Positions 50,962 to 60,833 of a stretch of 64,000 bases of DNA are shown here, one piece after another. Below the pieces are notes generated by a model, which was not told the DNA's origin, ran no database searches, and worked only from the letters and a program-made list of their open reading frames with translations. How positions within the stretch are numbered: the stretch's first letter is position 1; every line of letters begins with the position of its first letter. Source of the stretch: Flavobacteriales bacterium (GTDB taxonomy: Bacteria; Bacteroidota; Bacteroidia; Palsa-965); NCBI GenBank assembly GCA_002737665.1, contig NSIF01000001.1, forward strand, positions 350 through 64,349, read 5' to 3'. Made by a program: the position numbers and the translations under genes.

Positions 50962-53900
50962 TTATCGAATTAAAGAAACGTGACCAATTAAGTTATGTCT
51001 TCGACTTAAACTATCCATCGCTGTTATTTTCCAAACATAAACATCTACTTGGCATTCATTAGAACGACCTTGAACACAGCCATTCCAACCTTTAGCAAGG
51101 TCTGTTGTATTGAAAATTAGATTACCCCAACGATCGAAAATCCATATTTCGAAACGATCTGGATCTATTCCAAAGCTTTGTGATAAAAACAAATCATTAT
51201 CACCATCTCCATTTGGAGTGAAAGCGTTTGGTACATAAAGAGTAACATCGGGGTCTATGCAAATTTGATGTGTAATACTATTTGCACATCCATTAGTACT
51301 GGTAACTGTTAATACTACATCAAAGCAACCTGGTCCACCATAATCATACGTTGGGTTCTGTAAAAACGAACCTGCGTTTAACAAATCTCCAAACGACCAA
51401 CTCCAAGTATTTGCATTTATTGAAAGATCTGTAAAAATAATTACTGGATTTAATTCGGTCGTTGGTTGAGGTGAGGAAGAGAATTCTGCAATAGGGACAG
51501 AATCAACTGTAATGTAATTTATAATTGTATCTGTGAAGACGCAACCACTAGCAGTCTTTACTGATAGTATAACTGTAAATACACCAGCATTTAAATAGCA
51601 ATGTGTTGGGTTTTGAGACGTGGAAACATCACCATCGCCAAAATCCCAATCCCATCCGACAATAGATCCAGATGAAACTGATGAGAGATCAGAAAAATTT
51701 ACACACAATGGCGCGCATCCTGCAAGTGTATCACCGACAAATGCTGCAATTGGATTTGGATAAACAAATAATACAACTGTGGCAGTAGCTGTACATAAAT
51801 TAGCGTCTGTTACATTTACTGTGTAATTCTGAGTTGCAGCAGGAGTTAAAATTTGTACAGGTCCAACTAATGGCCCAGGATTCCATCCATATGTGTAAGC
51901 TGGAGTTCCTCCCAGTGCAGTTCCTGTTATTGTAATAGATTGACCTACGCAAATAGCAGGCGGACTCGCAATTCCTGTAACTGTTAAGAGTGGAGGTTGT
52001 GTGATGGTTAAATTAACGATTGAAGTACATCCTGCAGAATCAGTTACAACAACAGTACAAGCACCAGCAATTAGATTAGTTGCTGAGTTTGTAGTACTAG
52101 ATGAACAATTCCAAGAGTAGCTTATAAGGCCTGTGCCTCCGGTTACATTAATTGATGCCGTTCCATTTGTTCCTCCAAAACAAGAAACAGGTGTTAAGTT
52201 TCCTGCTGTTGCAGTCACACCTGGAATATTGTTGATTGTTACGGAGGCAGTATCATCGCATCCGTTTGCATCTGTCACCACTACAAAATAATTTCCTGCG
52301 ACTACGTTTGTTAGATTTGGCCCCAATGACATAGGGAAATACCAAATTGGAGTTAATGTTCCAGTTCCACCAGAAAACACAGAAGTAGCAGCGCCATCAG
52401 GAAGGTTACAATGTGCATCAATCGCTGTTGCCGTTACAACAACCGCTGATGGTTCGGTAACAGTTGTTGTTGAAGTTGCAGTACAACCATTCAAGTCAGT
52501 AACAATAACAGTATAATTTCCAGCACAACTATTAGAACAGTTTGCTGTGATGCATCCACTGCTCCATGCAAATGAATAACCAGGTGTTCCTCCTTGGGGA
52601 ATAGCCACTACTTGACCATTGCATGCACCAAAGCAGGTAGCGTTTGTTGCTGCTGAACTAGTGCTTAGTAGTGTTGGTTGTGAAATAGTAAATGATTGTG
52701 TTAATGTACAACTATTTAAATCTGTTATAAGGCATGAGTAGACACCAGCACATAGTCCAGTAGCTGTTGGGTTAATACCACCTGACGGAGACCATAAATA
52801 GGTATATCCGGGAGTTCCACCGGAAACAGCAACTGTTGCGCTTCCATTACAAATTGAATTACATGTTAAATTAATTTGTGATTGAATACTTGTTAAAGCT
52901 AAGGGTTGCGTAATTAATACAGTTGTTGTAGAAGTGCATAAATTAAAGTCGGTAATTGTACATGTGTAACTTCCTATGCACAAACCAGTAGCTGTGGTAT
53001 TTGTTCCACCACTTGGTGCCCATGAGTAAGTATAAGGAGGTACACCACTTGATCCAACCACGGTTGCAGTTCCATCGCAAAAGCTGTTACAGGTAACGTT
53101 CGTACTGTTTAAAAGTGTTACTGTTGGTGATGCAGCATTTGTAACGGTAACGGTAGTGATATAAGTACATAAATTAAAATCTGTAATTACGCATGTGTAA
53201 ATTCCTGCAAGTAAATTTATTGCTGTTAATGTTGTTTGGTTGGATGGAGTCCAAAGTATCGAGTAGGGTGGAACACCTCCACTTGGATTAACAGTTGCCG
53301 ATCCATTTGCGTTACCACATGTTGTTCCAACAGATGAAGTGGTAGCAGTTATAGCAGACGGTTGTGTTATTGTGAACGATCTTGTTAAAGTGCATCCTAA
53401 TGGAGAACTTATTGTACAGGTATAAGTTCCTGCACATAAGCCAATGGCAGTAGGAGCTGTTCCACCTGATGGCGCCCAAGCATAAGTATAAATACCTGTT
53501 CCTCCAGCTGCAACTACTGTTGCCGTTCCGATGCACACGCCATTGCAAGATACGTTAACTTGAGATTGGGTTGCTGTAATTTGTGGAGGTTGTGTAATTG
53601 TAAATAATTGTGTTATAAAACAACCTGTAGGTGAACTTATTGTGCAGGTATAGTTTCCAGCGCACAATCCAATTGCCGTAGCGGCATTTCCACCTGATGG
53701 TGCCCAAGCGTAGGTATAGTTACCTGTCCCACCAGCTGCAATAACTGTAGCTGTTCCAGCACATACGCCATTGCACGTGAGGTTAACTTGTGATTGAGTG
53801 GCTGTAATTTGTGGAGGTTGAGTAATTATAAATGATTGTGTTATAAAACAACCATTTGGTGAGCTGATGGTACAGGTGTAGGTTCCGGCACACAATCCAA

Positions 53901-56397
53901 TTGCCGTTGCTGCATTTCCGCCAGTAGGTGCCCAAGCATAGGTGTAAATTCCTGTTCCGCCTGCGGCCACAACCGTAGCTGTGCCATTACAAACACCATT
54001 ACACGTAACATCAACTTGCGATTGGGTAGCTGTAATTTGTGGAGGTTCTGTGATTGTGAATGTTTGTGTTATAAAACAATTTACAGGAGAACTTATTGTA
54101 CACGTGTATGTTCCGGCACACAAGCCGGTGGCAGTAGCAGCAGTTCCTCCAGAAGGTGCCCATGCATAAGTGTAAATTCCATTTCCACCACTTGCTGTAA
54201 CGGTAGCTATTCCCGTACAACCACCAAAACAAGTAACGTTTGTTTGAGTAGGTATTGCTACGATTAGTGGTGCCTGTGTAATTGTAAATATTTGATTTAC
54301 AATACAATTAATAGGAGAACTAACAGTACACGTATATGTTCCTGCGCATAAACCAGTTGCACTTGCTGCCGTTCCTCCTGAGGGTGCCCATAAATATGTA
54401 AACGTTCCGTTACCACCCGACGCTACAACTGCTGCACTTCCAGTACATCCTCCAAAACAATCTATATTTATTTGAGAAGGTACGACTGTAATGGGTGGAG
54501 GTTGTGTAATTGTAAAGGTTTGCGTAATTGAACATCCTAATGGCGAACTAATAGTACAGGTGTAGTTTCCTGCGCACAATCCGGTTGCAGCGGATGCTGT
54601 TCCACCAGTTGGTGACCATAAATAAGTAAATGTGCCATTTCCACCAGATGCAACAACATTAGCGGAACCCTGACATTGTCCATTGCAGTCAAGATCTATT
54701 TGGTGAGGGATTGCTACAATTGGAGGAGGTTCTGTGATTGTGAATGTTTGTGTTATAAAACAATTTACAGGTGAACTAATTGTACAAGTATATGTTCCAG
54801 CACAAAGTCCAGTCGCAGTGGCAGCTGTTCCTCCAGATGGCGCCCAAGCGTAGGTATAGATCCCTGTTCCACCAGACGCAATAACAGTAGCAGTTCCATT
54901 ACAAACCCCGTTACAGTTTGCGTTTACTTGTGATTGTGTTGCGGTGATTACTGGCGACTGAGTAATTGTTACAATACTTGTATCTATGCATCCATTGAGG
55001 TCTGTTACAGTGAGTGTATAAGATCCTGCACAAAGGGCGGTGGCATTATTTACGTTACCTACTGTTGTGTTTGCAACTATAGGCGCCCACACAAACGTGT
55101 AAGGGCTTGTTCCACCAAGTGCTGTATTTGTTGTGGCACCAGTGCAACCCCCATTGCAAATAACATTTATTTGATTGCCTGTAAGAGCCAACGGACTGAA
55201 GGATTGAGCAACTACAACTGAATCTATTCCTATAACGCAACCTCCATTACCTGTAACTGTTACCGTGTAGGTGCCAGGACATAAACCCGTAGCAGTAGCC
55301 GCTGTTCCACCTGAAGGTGCCCAAGCGTAGGTGTAGGGAGCTGTTGCATTTGTTACTGATGTAACTGTTGCTGTACCATTACAATTTGTGCAAACTGCAC
55401 TTGTATTGCTGGTAGTAAGTATCATATTAGAAAGTGGGCATTGGGTGCATGTTGTTTTATAGTACAACCCAATCATAGAGACGTTGTAGCAATCATTGGG
55501 TGCATAAAACGCATAGTTCACTGAATTTTGAGCATTCGTTAGTGAAGTGGTCACTTGAGCATAGTTCCACCAATTTGGTGAAAACGGCGCATTAATGCTG
55601 TTCATTGTACAGGTCTGTCCACCCACATTGCATTGCATATCACCCATTAAACAAAATGCAATTGCGTTTGGTTGATTTACAGTTTGGCATGCTGAAAAAT
55701 TATTTACCGCGCGTGTTGTACCGCCCCCAAGCATTACTACTGCTCCGTCGTGAATTACAATTGTACCTGCATAATTTACAGTGGGATCACTGTAAATTAC
55801 GAATAAGGTTGCCCCATCCATATCATTACCAGAGGTGGGTGGGTTGGTCATTAATCCACTGATATTATAGGTGCCATTTCCTCCAATGACCGATGTGACA
55901 TCGGCTCTGTAGGTGTGGGAACCTGAATAGCCCCAGCATTTATCTGCTGCTGAGCCAACCAGCAGTACTGGAATATTTGCATTACCAAACGGACCAGTTA
56001 TTACAGCTGTTTGTGCTGCACCGTTTCCAGAACCCTCTGCCCAAAGGAATGCTTTTTCAATAACGGCACATGCTGGTAAACCACTGATTACATAAGCCAT
56101 TGGTTGGTTAGGACTAGCAGGAGGGCAAGTTGCACCAAATCTTTTACCTACTTTTTTAGTAACCTGTTTGAAGTTTAGTCCACATTTGGTGAAATTGTAG
56201 ATTTGTCCTAATGAACTATTCCCATTTTGTGGCGTAGGTTCCGGTGCTAAACGTAAATTAAATTGATTTGAAGAAAAACTACAAGCGCCAGGAATCCCGG
56301 TACTATCATATGAGGCACGAACAATTGCTTGACTAAATGAAATAGTTGGAGTTGCTAAGAAAAAAAGGAAACATAAAATTTTTAGCAATCTTTTCAT
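50962..56397 (-). CDS. Giant cell-surface adhesin-like protein (1811 aa). It has a novel N-terminal domain, about 17 SprB repeats, a PKD domain, and a T9SS type-B (gliding-motility-associated) C-terminal domain.
   Basis: Signal peptide. ~77-aa repeats with the C..C.G.ATV...GG..PYTY.W.P SprB signature. PKD segment ...CAPLCVNFSDLS...NPTHCY. C-terminal TLYVPNAFTPNGDGDNDLF...WGNLIF...VYVW gliding CTD. Confidence 0.8.
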   Translation of the reverse strand: MKRLLKILCFLFFLATPTISFSQAIVRASYDSTGIPGACSFSSNQFNLRLAPEPTPQNGNSSLGQIYNFTKCGLNFKQVTKKVGKRFGATCPPASPNQPMAYVISGLPACAVIEKAFLWAEGSGNGAAQTAVITGPFGNANIPVLLVGSAADKCWGYSGSHTYRADVTSVIGGNGTYNISGLMTNPPTSGNDMDGATLFVIYSDPTVNYAGTIVIHDGAVVMLGGGTTRAVNNFSACQTVNQPNAIAFCLMGDMQCNVGGQTCTMNSINAPFSPNWWNYAQVTTSLTNAQNSVNYAFYAPNDCYNVSMIGLYYKTTCTQCPLSNMILTTSNTSAVCTNCNGTATVTSVTNATAPYTYAWAPSGGTAATATGLCPGTYTVTVTGNGGCVIGIDSVVVAQSFSPLALTGNQINVICNGGCTGATTNTALGGTSPYTFVWAPIVANTTVGNVNNATALCAGSYTLTVTDLNGCIDTSIVTITQSPVITATQSQVNANCNGVCNGTATVIASGGTGIYTYAWAPSGGTAATATGLCAGTYTCTISSPVNCFITQTFTITEPPPIVAIPHQIDLDCNGQCQGSANVVASGGNGTFTYLWSPTGGTASAATGLCAGNYTCTISSPLGCSITQTFTITQPPPITVVPSQINIDCFGGCTGSAAVVASGGNGTFTYLWAPSGGTAASATGLCAGTYTCTVSSPINCIVNQIFTITQAPLIVAIPTQTNVTCFGGCTGIATVTASGGNGIYTYAWAPSGGTAATATGLCAGTYTCTISSPVNCFITQTFTITEPPQITATQSQVDVTCNGVCNGTATVVAAGGTGIYTYAWAPTGGNAATAIGLCAGTYTCTISSPNGCFITQSFIITQPPQITATQSQVNLTCNGVCAGTATVIAAGGTGNYTYAWAPSGGNAATAIGLCAGNYTCTISSPTGCFITQLFTITQPPQITATQSQVNVSCNGVCIGTATVVAAGGTGIYTYAWAPSGGTAPTAIGLCAGTYTCTISSPLGCTLTRSFTITQPSAITATTSSVGTTCGNANGSATVNPSGGVPPYSILWTPSNQTTLTAINLLAGIYTCVITDFNLCTYITTVTVTNAASPTVTLLNSTNVTCNSFCDGTATVVGSSGVPPYTYSWAPSGGTNTTATGLCIGSYTCTITDFNLCTSTTTVLITQPLALTSIQSQINLTCNSICNGSATVAVSGGTPGYTYLWSPSGGINPTATGLCAGVYSCLITDLNSCTLTQSFTISQPTLLSTSSAATNATCFGACNGQVVAIPQGGTPGYSFAWSSGCITANCSNSCAGNYTVIVTDLNGCTATSTTTVTEPSAVVVTATAIDAHCNLPDGAATSVFSGGTGTLTPIWYFPMSLGPNLTNVVAGNYFVVVTDANGCDDTASVTINNIPGVTATAGNLTPVSCFGGTNGTASINVTGGTGLISYSWNCSSSTTNSATNLIAGACTVVVTDSAGCTSIVNLTITQPPLLTVTGIASPPAICVGQSITITGTALGGTPAYTYGWNPGPLVGPVQILTPAATQNYTVNVTDANLCTATATVVLFVYPNPIAAFVGDTLAGCAPLCVNFSDLSSVSSGSIVGWDWDFGDGDVSTSQNPTHCYLNAGVFTVILSVKTASGCVFTDTIINYITVDSVPIAEFSSSPQPTTELNPVIIFTDLSINANTWSWSFGDLLNAGSFLQNPTYDYGGPGCFDVVLTVTSTNGCANSITHQICIDPDVTLYVPNAFTPNGDGDNDLFLSQSFGIDPDRFEIWIFDRWGNLIFNTTDLAKGWNGCVQGRSNECQVDVYVWKITAMDSLSRRHNLIGHVSLIR
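53330..54950 (-). repeat. Seven tandem, near-identical 231-bp coding repeats (SprB-repeat units) inside the giant adhesin gene.
   Basis: Units ITATQSQVN...TFTITEPP recur. Units 1 and 4 share a 47-aa identical stretch and at least 44 nt of identical DNA (ggttctgtgattgtgaatgtttgtgttataaaacaatttacagg at ~54045 and ~54727). Confidence 0.7.
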
Positions 56398-56486
56398 TGG
56401 TTAAATGCAGTGCTTAAGTTATATTATTATAAATGTTTTATTACGATATAAAATTTAGGGCAATTATTATGAAATCAAATACTTGG

Positions 56487-58904
56487 CTATCTTATTAGGT
56501 TAACATGTCCAATTACTTTACGCTTTTTACCACCATTTATTTCTCTGTAATTTATGACCCAAACATAGGTATCTATTTGCGCTAGTTTTTTTCCATCATT
56601 GGCCTTTCCGTCCCATCCTTTGAGTTGGTCATAGGATTCGAAAATCATATTTCCCCAACGGTCAAATACCATCATGTGAAAATCATCAACATATTCACCG
56701 ATTGCAAAGAATATTTCATTCAAGCCATTTCCATTTGGAGTAAAAGTGTTTGGCACAAACAATGAGGTGTATGGATTTACATAAATGTCATAACGAATTG
56801 TATCCGCACATCCATATTGATTCACAACAATTTCTGTAACATGATAAAGTCCTGTATCAGCATATGTATTTGATACGTCACCACATCCAACAACTATTAG
56901 TGTATTTCCATCACCGAAGTCCCAATAGCAGGTATCTCCTCCTATACTTAAATCATCAATTACAGCTACGGGTTCTAATAGTGTTGAAGGATTTTCAGAA
57001 GTAATATTGAAAGCAGCAACAGGTGTTGGATAGGTATTAATGTAATTGACGATAGTCATTGAATCGACACAACCGTTATTATCACTTAAAACTAGCGTAA
57101 CTGCAAAGCTTCCAACATTAATGTAACAATGTGTCGGGTTGGCACCAATTCCATAAGAATTGTCTCCAAAATTCCATGCACAACTTCCAATTCCTGAGTT
57201 TGATACAGCTGTAAATGTTACGCAATGTGGAGCGCAGCCACTTAATATATCACCTGTATAACTAATTACAGGAAGTGGGTTTACAATTATTGTAAATACT
57301 GCAGTATCATGAATTGTAAAACAAGCATCTGCAATTATAACTGAATAAGTTGTGGTTGTGGTTGGGCTGACAGTTATTGTATTGGTAGTATTAACTGCGT
57401 TGATCCATGAATAAGTATAGGGTGGTGCGCCTCCAAGAACACTTACGGATAAGATGCTTGATTGTCCAATGCAAATTGGAGTAGGTCCTACAATTGTGCC
57501 AACAATTGGGACGTTTGCAGGTTCGGTTATTGTAAAAGTTGCGGATGTCTGACAGCCAAAATTATCTGAAACATTTACTGTATAAATACCAGCACCAAGA
57601 TTAATGGCGCTATTTGTATTACTTACGTTTGGTGACCAAACATATGTGTATGGCGGATTTCCTCCGGTTGGATTGAATGTGGCTGTTCCAATGGTATCTC
57701 CGTAGCAGAGATTATTGGTAGAAACTTGCGTAAAAGTTAATATTCCTGTTGCCAGTACCACTACAGAATCAATAGTTGTGCAACCTAATGCATCAGTTAC
57801 AGAACAAACATAAACACCAGGAGGAAGACCAACTGCTGTTTGTGTATTTTGAACTGGCACTGTGTTCCATGTGTATGTAAAGTTTCCTGATCCACCAAGT
57901 GGAGTAGCAGTTGCGGTACCTATAGAAGCGGAACAAGTACTAGGGATGGAATCCATATCAAGTAAGAATGGAGTTGGACAGCAAGAAGAGCAGTTTGATT
58001 GCCAATATAAGCCCATAACACAAAAGTTATAGCAATCTCCACCCGAACTATTACCAAAGGCAGAAGATGTTTGCCCTGGTGTAACTATTGTAGGAACGTC
58101 AATCCAATTCCACCAATCCTCAACACAAACTATTGGAAAAACCCCATTTAATGTAAGCTGAGAACCGAGATTTTGTAAATCGCCTTGTGCCATAAAAGCT
58201 CTTGCATTGCTAGTAGTACCTGTACAAGCTGCAAATCCTGTAATTGTTTGTGTTGTACTTCCGCCATTAATAACCACGCATCCATCCCAAATTACAATAT
58301 CTCCCTGCCAGGTTTGTGTTGGATTGCTCCAAATTACCATCATCGTTGCCCCATCTATGTCCTCCCCAGATGTTGGAGGATTTGTTGGAAATCCACTAAT
58401 TGTATAATTTCCATTTCCCGTTATATGAGAAGTAACATCTGCTCTGTATGTAAATGTTCCTGTATAGCCCCAGCACTTATCTTGATCTTGCCCTATCATA
58501 GTCATAGGAAATGGAGAAGAATTAGCAAGCGGATTGGTGACATTTAAAGTTATTGGAATCCCTGTGCCAGAACCCTCACACCAAACATAAGCTTTTTGAA
58601 TAACGGCAGATGCTGGGATTCCAGAAATTGCAAATGTTGCTGGCTGAACTGAACTTGGTGAGTTTAACAATGGAAATCGCATCCCTATTTTTTGACTTGC
58701 AGTGGTATAATTTACACCACAATCACTAATTGAATAGGTTGCTCCAAGAAATGTACTTCCATCCTGTGGTGAACTTGGTTTTACAGATTGGGAAGTTGAG
58801 TATTTTAAAGCGGGATTTTGACCATTTATGGGAGTAGATCCTGTTTGTGCACTAAGGGTGAAACATACCCCTATGCAAATTGATAACAATAAAGTGGCTC
58901 TCAT
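56487..58904 (-). CDS. Paralogous adhesin-like protein (805 aa). It has the same N-terminal domain as the giant gene, about three SprB repeats, a PKD domain, and a T9SS type-B C-terminal domain.
   Basis: DKCWGYTGTFTYRADVTSHITGNGNYTISGFPTNPPTSGEDIDGATMMVIWSNPT aligns with the giant protein N-domain. GGNPPYTYVWSP SprB signature. C-terminal SLFVPNTFTPNGNGLNEIFF...WGNMIF...YVWV. Confidence 0.75.
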   Translation of the reverse strand: MRATLLLSICIGVCFTLSAQTGSTPINGQNPALKYSTSQSVKPSSPQDGSTFLGATYSISDCGVNYTTASQKIGMRFPLLNSPSSVQPATFAISGIPASAVIQKAYVWCEGSGTGIPITLNVTNPLANSSPFPMTMIGQDQDKCWGYTGTFTYRADVTSHITGNGNYTISGFPTNPPTSGEDIDGATMMVIWSNPTQTWQGDIVIWDGCVVINGGSTTQTITGFAACTGTTSNARAFMAQGDLQNLGSQLTLNGVFPIVCVEDWWNWIDVPTIVTPGQTSSAFGNSSGGDCYNFCVMGLYWQSNCSSCCPTPFLLDMDSIPSTCSASIGTATATPLGGSGNFTYTWNTVPVQNTQTAVGLPPGVYVCSVTDALGCTTIDSVVVLATGILTFTQVSTNNLCYGDTIGTATFNPTGGNPPYTYVWSPNVSNTNSAINLGAGIYTVNVSDNFGCQTSATFTITEPANVPIVGTIVGPTPICIGQSSILSVSVLGGAPPYTYSWINAVNTTNTITVSPTTTTTYSVIIADACFTIHDTAVFTIIVNPLPVISYTGDILSGCAPHCVTFTAVSNSGIGSCAWNFGDNSYGIGANPTHCYINVGSFAVTLVLSDNNGCVDSMTIVNYINTYPTPVAAFNITSENPSTLLEPVAVIDDLSIGGDTCYWDFGDGNTLIVVGCGDVSNTYADTGLYHVTEIVVNQYGCADTIRYDIYVNPYTSLFVPNTFTPNGNGLNEIFFAIGEYVDDFHMMVFDRWGNMIFESYDQLKGWDGKANDGKKLAQIDTYVWVINYREINGGKKRKVIGHVNLIR

Positions 58905-59136
58905 TGCAATATTTTAGTTAACCAAAGATACAAATAAATAATGAAACGCTAACTATTTTACCTGATTTTATAGGGCTTAAGGCGTAGAAGTTAATACCCT
59001 CATTTTTTTGCATTTTCAGTGAGCATAGATTTACTCAGTTTGGCATTCTTAGTGTAATTCTGAAATGTCAGAATGTAATTGTAGGCGGTAGTTTTAGTAG
59101 CAATATTGCAAATGAAAAAATAGTTTAATAGTAAAC

Positions 59137-59811
59137 TCACCAATCTTTAGAATTGCTACGATCATATCCAAGTTTTTTAATTCTATGCTTCATACGTTCC
59201 CGGATTTTTGTTTCATTGTCTTTTAAAGCATTTAACATTTGTTGTGCTTCTTCTTTGCTCATGGCAGGGTTAGGTTCTTGCTGATCTGTCTTTTTTTCTT
59301 TTTTATCTGGCTCTTTATCTTTTTGTTTTTTGTTTTGTTTGTTCTTGTTTTTTTTAGGTGATTGTTTTTTTAATTTTGATTGTGCGTAGGCAAGATTGTA
59401 CCTCGTTTGTTCATCACTTGGTTTTAATTTTAGTGCTTGTTTAAAAGCATTTATACTTTCTTCATATTTTTTCTGTGCTAACATAGCATTTCCAAGGTTG
59501 TGCCAAGTTTTAGATAGGGAATCAGCATTTAATCCTCCTGTTGCGTTGGCAAATGCCTGTGCTGCCTCGTCGTATTTTTTTAGTTTATATAATGTATTTC
59601 CTAAATTAAAATTAGCTGCATTTTTATTTGCATCGTATTTTGTTGCAGCATTATATTTTTTCTCTGCGGTATTAAAATCCCCTTTTTTAAAGCTCTTGTT
59701 TCCAGCTCTCGTATTTTTGTAATTATCGATAGTTTCCGTTTGTGGTTGTTGAGCATTCAATACTTGAATGAAAGTGATACAAAGAATTTTAATTAATATT
59801 TTGCGCTTCAT
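59137..59811 (-). CDS. batC: TPR-repeat protein, BatC-like (aerotolerance operon).
   Basis: Signal peptide. Three to four TPR units. K/Q/E-rich tail. Operon position after two VWA genes. Confidence 0.6.
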   Translation of the reverse strand: MKRKILIKILCITFIQVLNAQQPQTETIDNYKNTRAGNKSFKKGDFNTAEKKYNAATKYDANKNAANFNLGNTLYKLKKYDEAAQAFANATGGLNADSLSKTWHNLGNAMLAQKKYEESINAFKQALKLKPSDEQTRYNLAYAQSKLKKQSPKKNKNKQNKKQKDKEPDKKEKKTDQQEPNPAMSKEEAQQMLNALKDNETKIRERMKHRIKKLGYDRSNSKDW

Positions 59812-60833
59812 AAATTATTTTCATTAGTGCTATTTCTTTTTCCTTCTGGGAGCAATCCTTCAATCAAAAAAAGTAAAATAGAAACGATCAGAAACCATTG
59901 GAATAATGGAGTTTGGTGTGTCGTTCTCCAAGTATCTTTTGTTGTTTTATTAATGTTTTTTAAAAGCTTATAAATTGCAACAATTCCTAAATCGTTTTTT
60001 GAAGCATGTACATAAATTCCTTGACCTTCTTTTGCTATTTCTTTTAACACAACTTCATCTAGTTTTGAAATAATTACTTTTCCATTTTCATCTTTTTTAT
60101 TGGTGATCACAGTGCTATTATCATTCAATTCTGGTATGGTTGTCCCTACAAGTGATCCGATTCCGATGGTACACACAATTACGCCATTAGCTGCCGCTCT
60201 ACGCGCTGCTTTAACAGCATCACCGTCATGATTTTCTCCATCAGTAATTAAAATTATCGCTTTCCCACGATCTTTCTCCACCTTTATAATGGATGCCAGC
60301 GCATTGTCTAATGCAAAACCAATTGAAGTGCCTTGCATGGAAATCATTTCTGGAGTTATGGATTGCAACAGCATGGCAGCTGCAGCATGGTCGCTGGTTA
60401 GTGGTAGACATGTGTAAGCTTGAGCGGCAAAAACAACGATTCCAAACCGATCTGTTCCCATTGTTGCAAGCAGTTGTTGCAAAGCTAATTTTGCGCAATC
60501 AATTCTATTGGGTAGTATGTCTTGTGCTTTCATACTATTTGAAACATCAAGGGCAATAATAATATCAATGCCACTTATTTTTATTTTTTCTTTTCCACTT
60601 GCATAGTTAGGGCCACTACATGCTAAAATTAAAAAAACGATGGCCATTAAAAATAAAATGAAATGTGTTTTGCGAAGTCCTTCATGGTTGCCAATATGTA
60701 ATTTTTCGTCAAAAGCACCTTCGGTGAATTTTCTAATTTTAATTGCTCGTTTTTTTACAGCTCTTCTCCAGACCAGTATTATGGGAATGACTAGCAACAA
60801 TACTAAAAGCATCCAAGGGTTTTCGAAGCTCAT
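59808..60833 (-). CDS. batB: VWA-domain membrane protein, BatB-like.
   Basis: N-terminal TM. MIDAS DVSNSM...TDGE. C-terminal TM. 4-nt overlaps with neighbouring genes. Confidence 0.7.
   Translation of the reverse strand: MSFENPWMLLVLLLVIPIILVWRRAVKKRAIKIRKFTEGAFDEKLHIGNHEGLRKTHFILFLMAIVFLILACSGPNYASGKEKIKISGIDIIIALDVSNSMKAQDILPNRIDCAKLALQQLLATMGTDRFGIVVFAAQAYTCLPLTSDHAAAAMLLQSITPEMISMQGTSIGFALDNALASIIKVEKDRGKAIILITDGENHDGDAVKAARRAAANGVIVCTIGIGSLVGTTIPELNDNSTVITNKKDENGKVIISKLDEVVLKEIAKEGQGIYVHASKNDLGIVAIYKLLKNINKTTKDTWRTTHQTPLFQWFLIVSILLFLIEGLLPEGKRNSTNENNL

Noticed and set aside
53312-55862. Multiple antisense or alternative-frame ORFs (53312-53548, 54011-54307, 54016-54267, 54934-55221, 55055-55240, 55605-55862) inside the adhesin gene.
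   Set aside because: These are Cys/Tyr/Asn-rich translations of the repeat DNA in wrong frames. They are repeat artefacts with no start context.
50962-56397. Possible CRISPR-like array suggested by the regular ~231-bp periodic repeats.
   Set aside because: The repeats are in-frame coding SprB units inside one long ORF. They have no spacer/repeat architecture and no cas genes.
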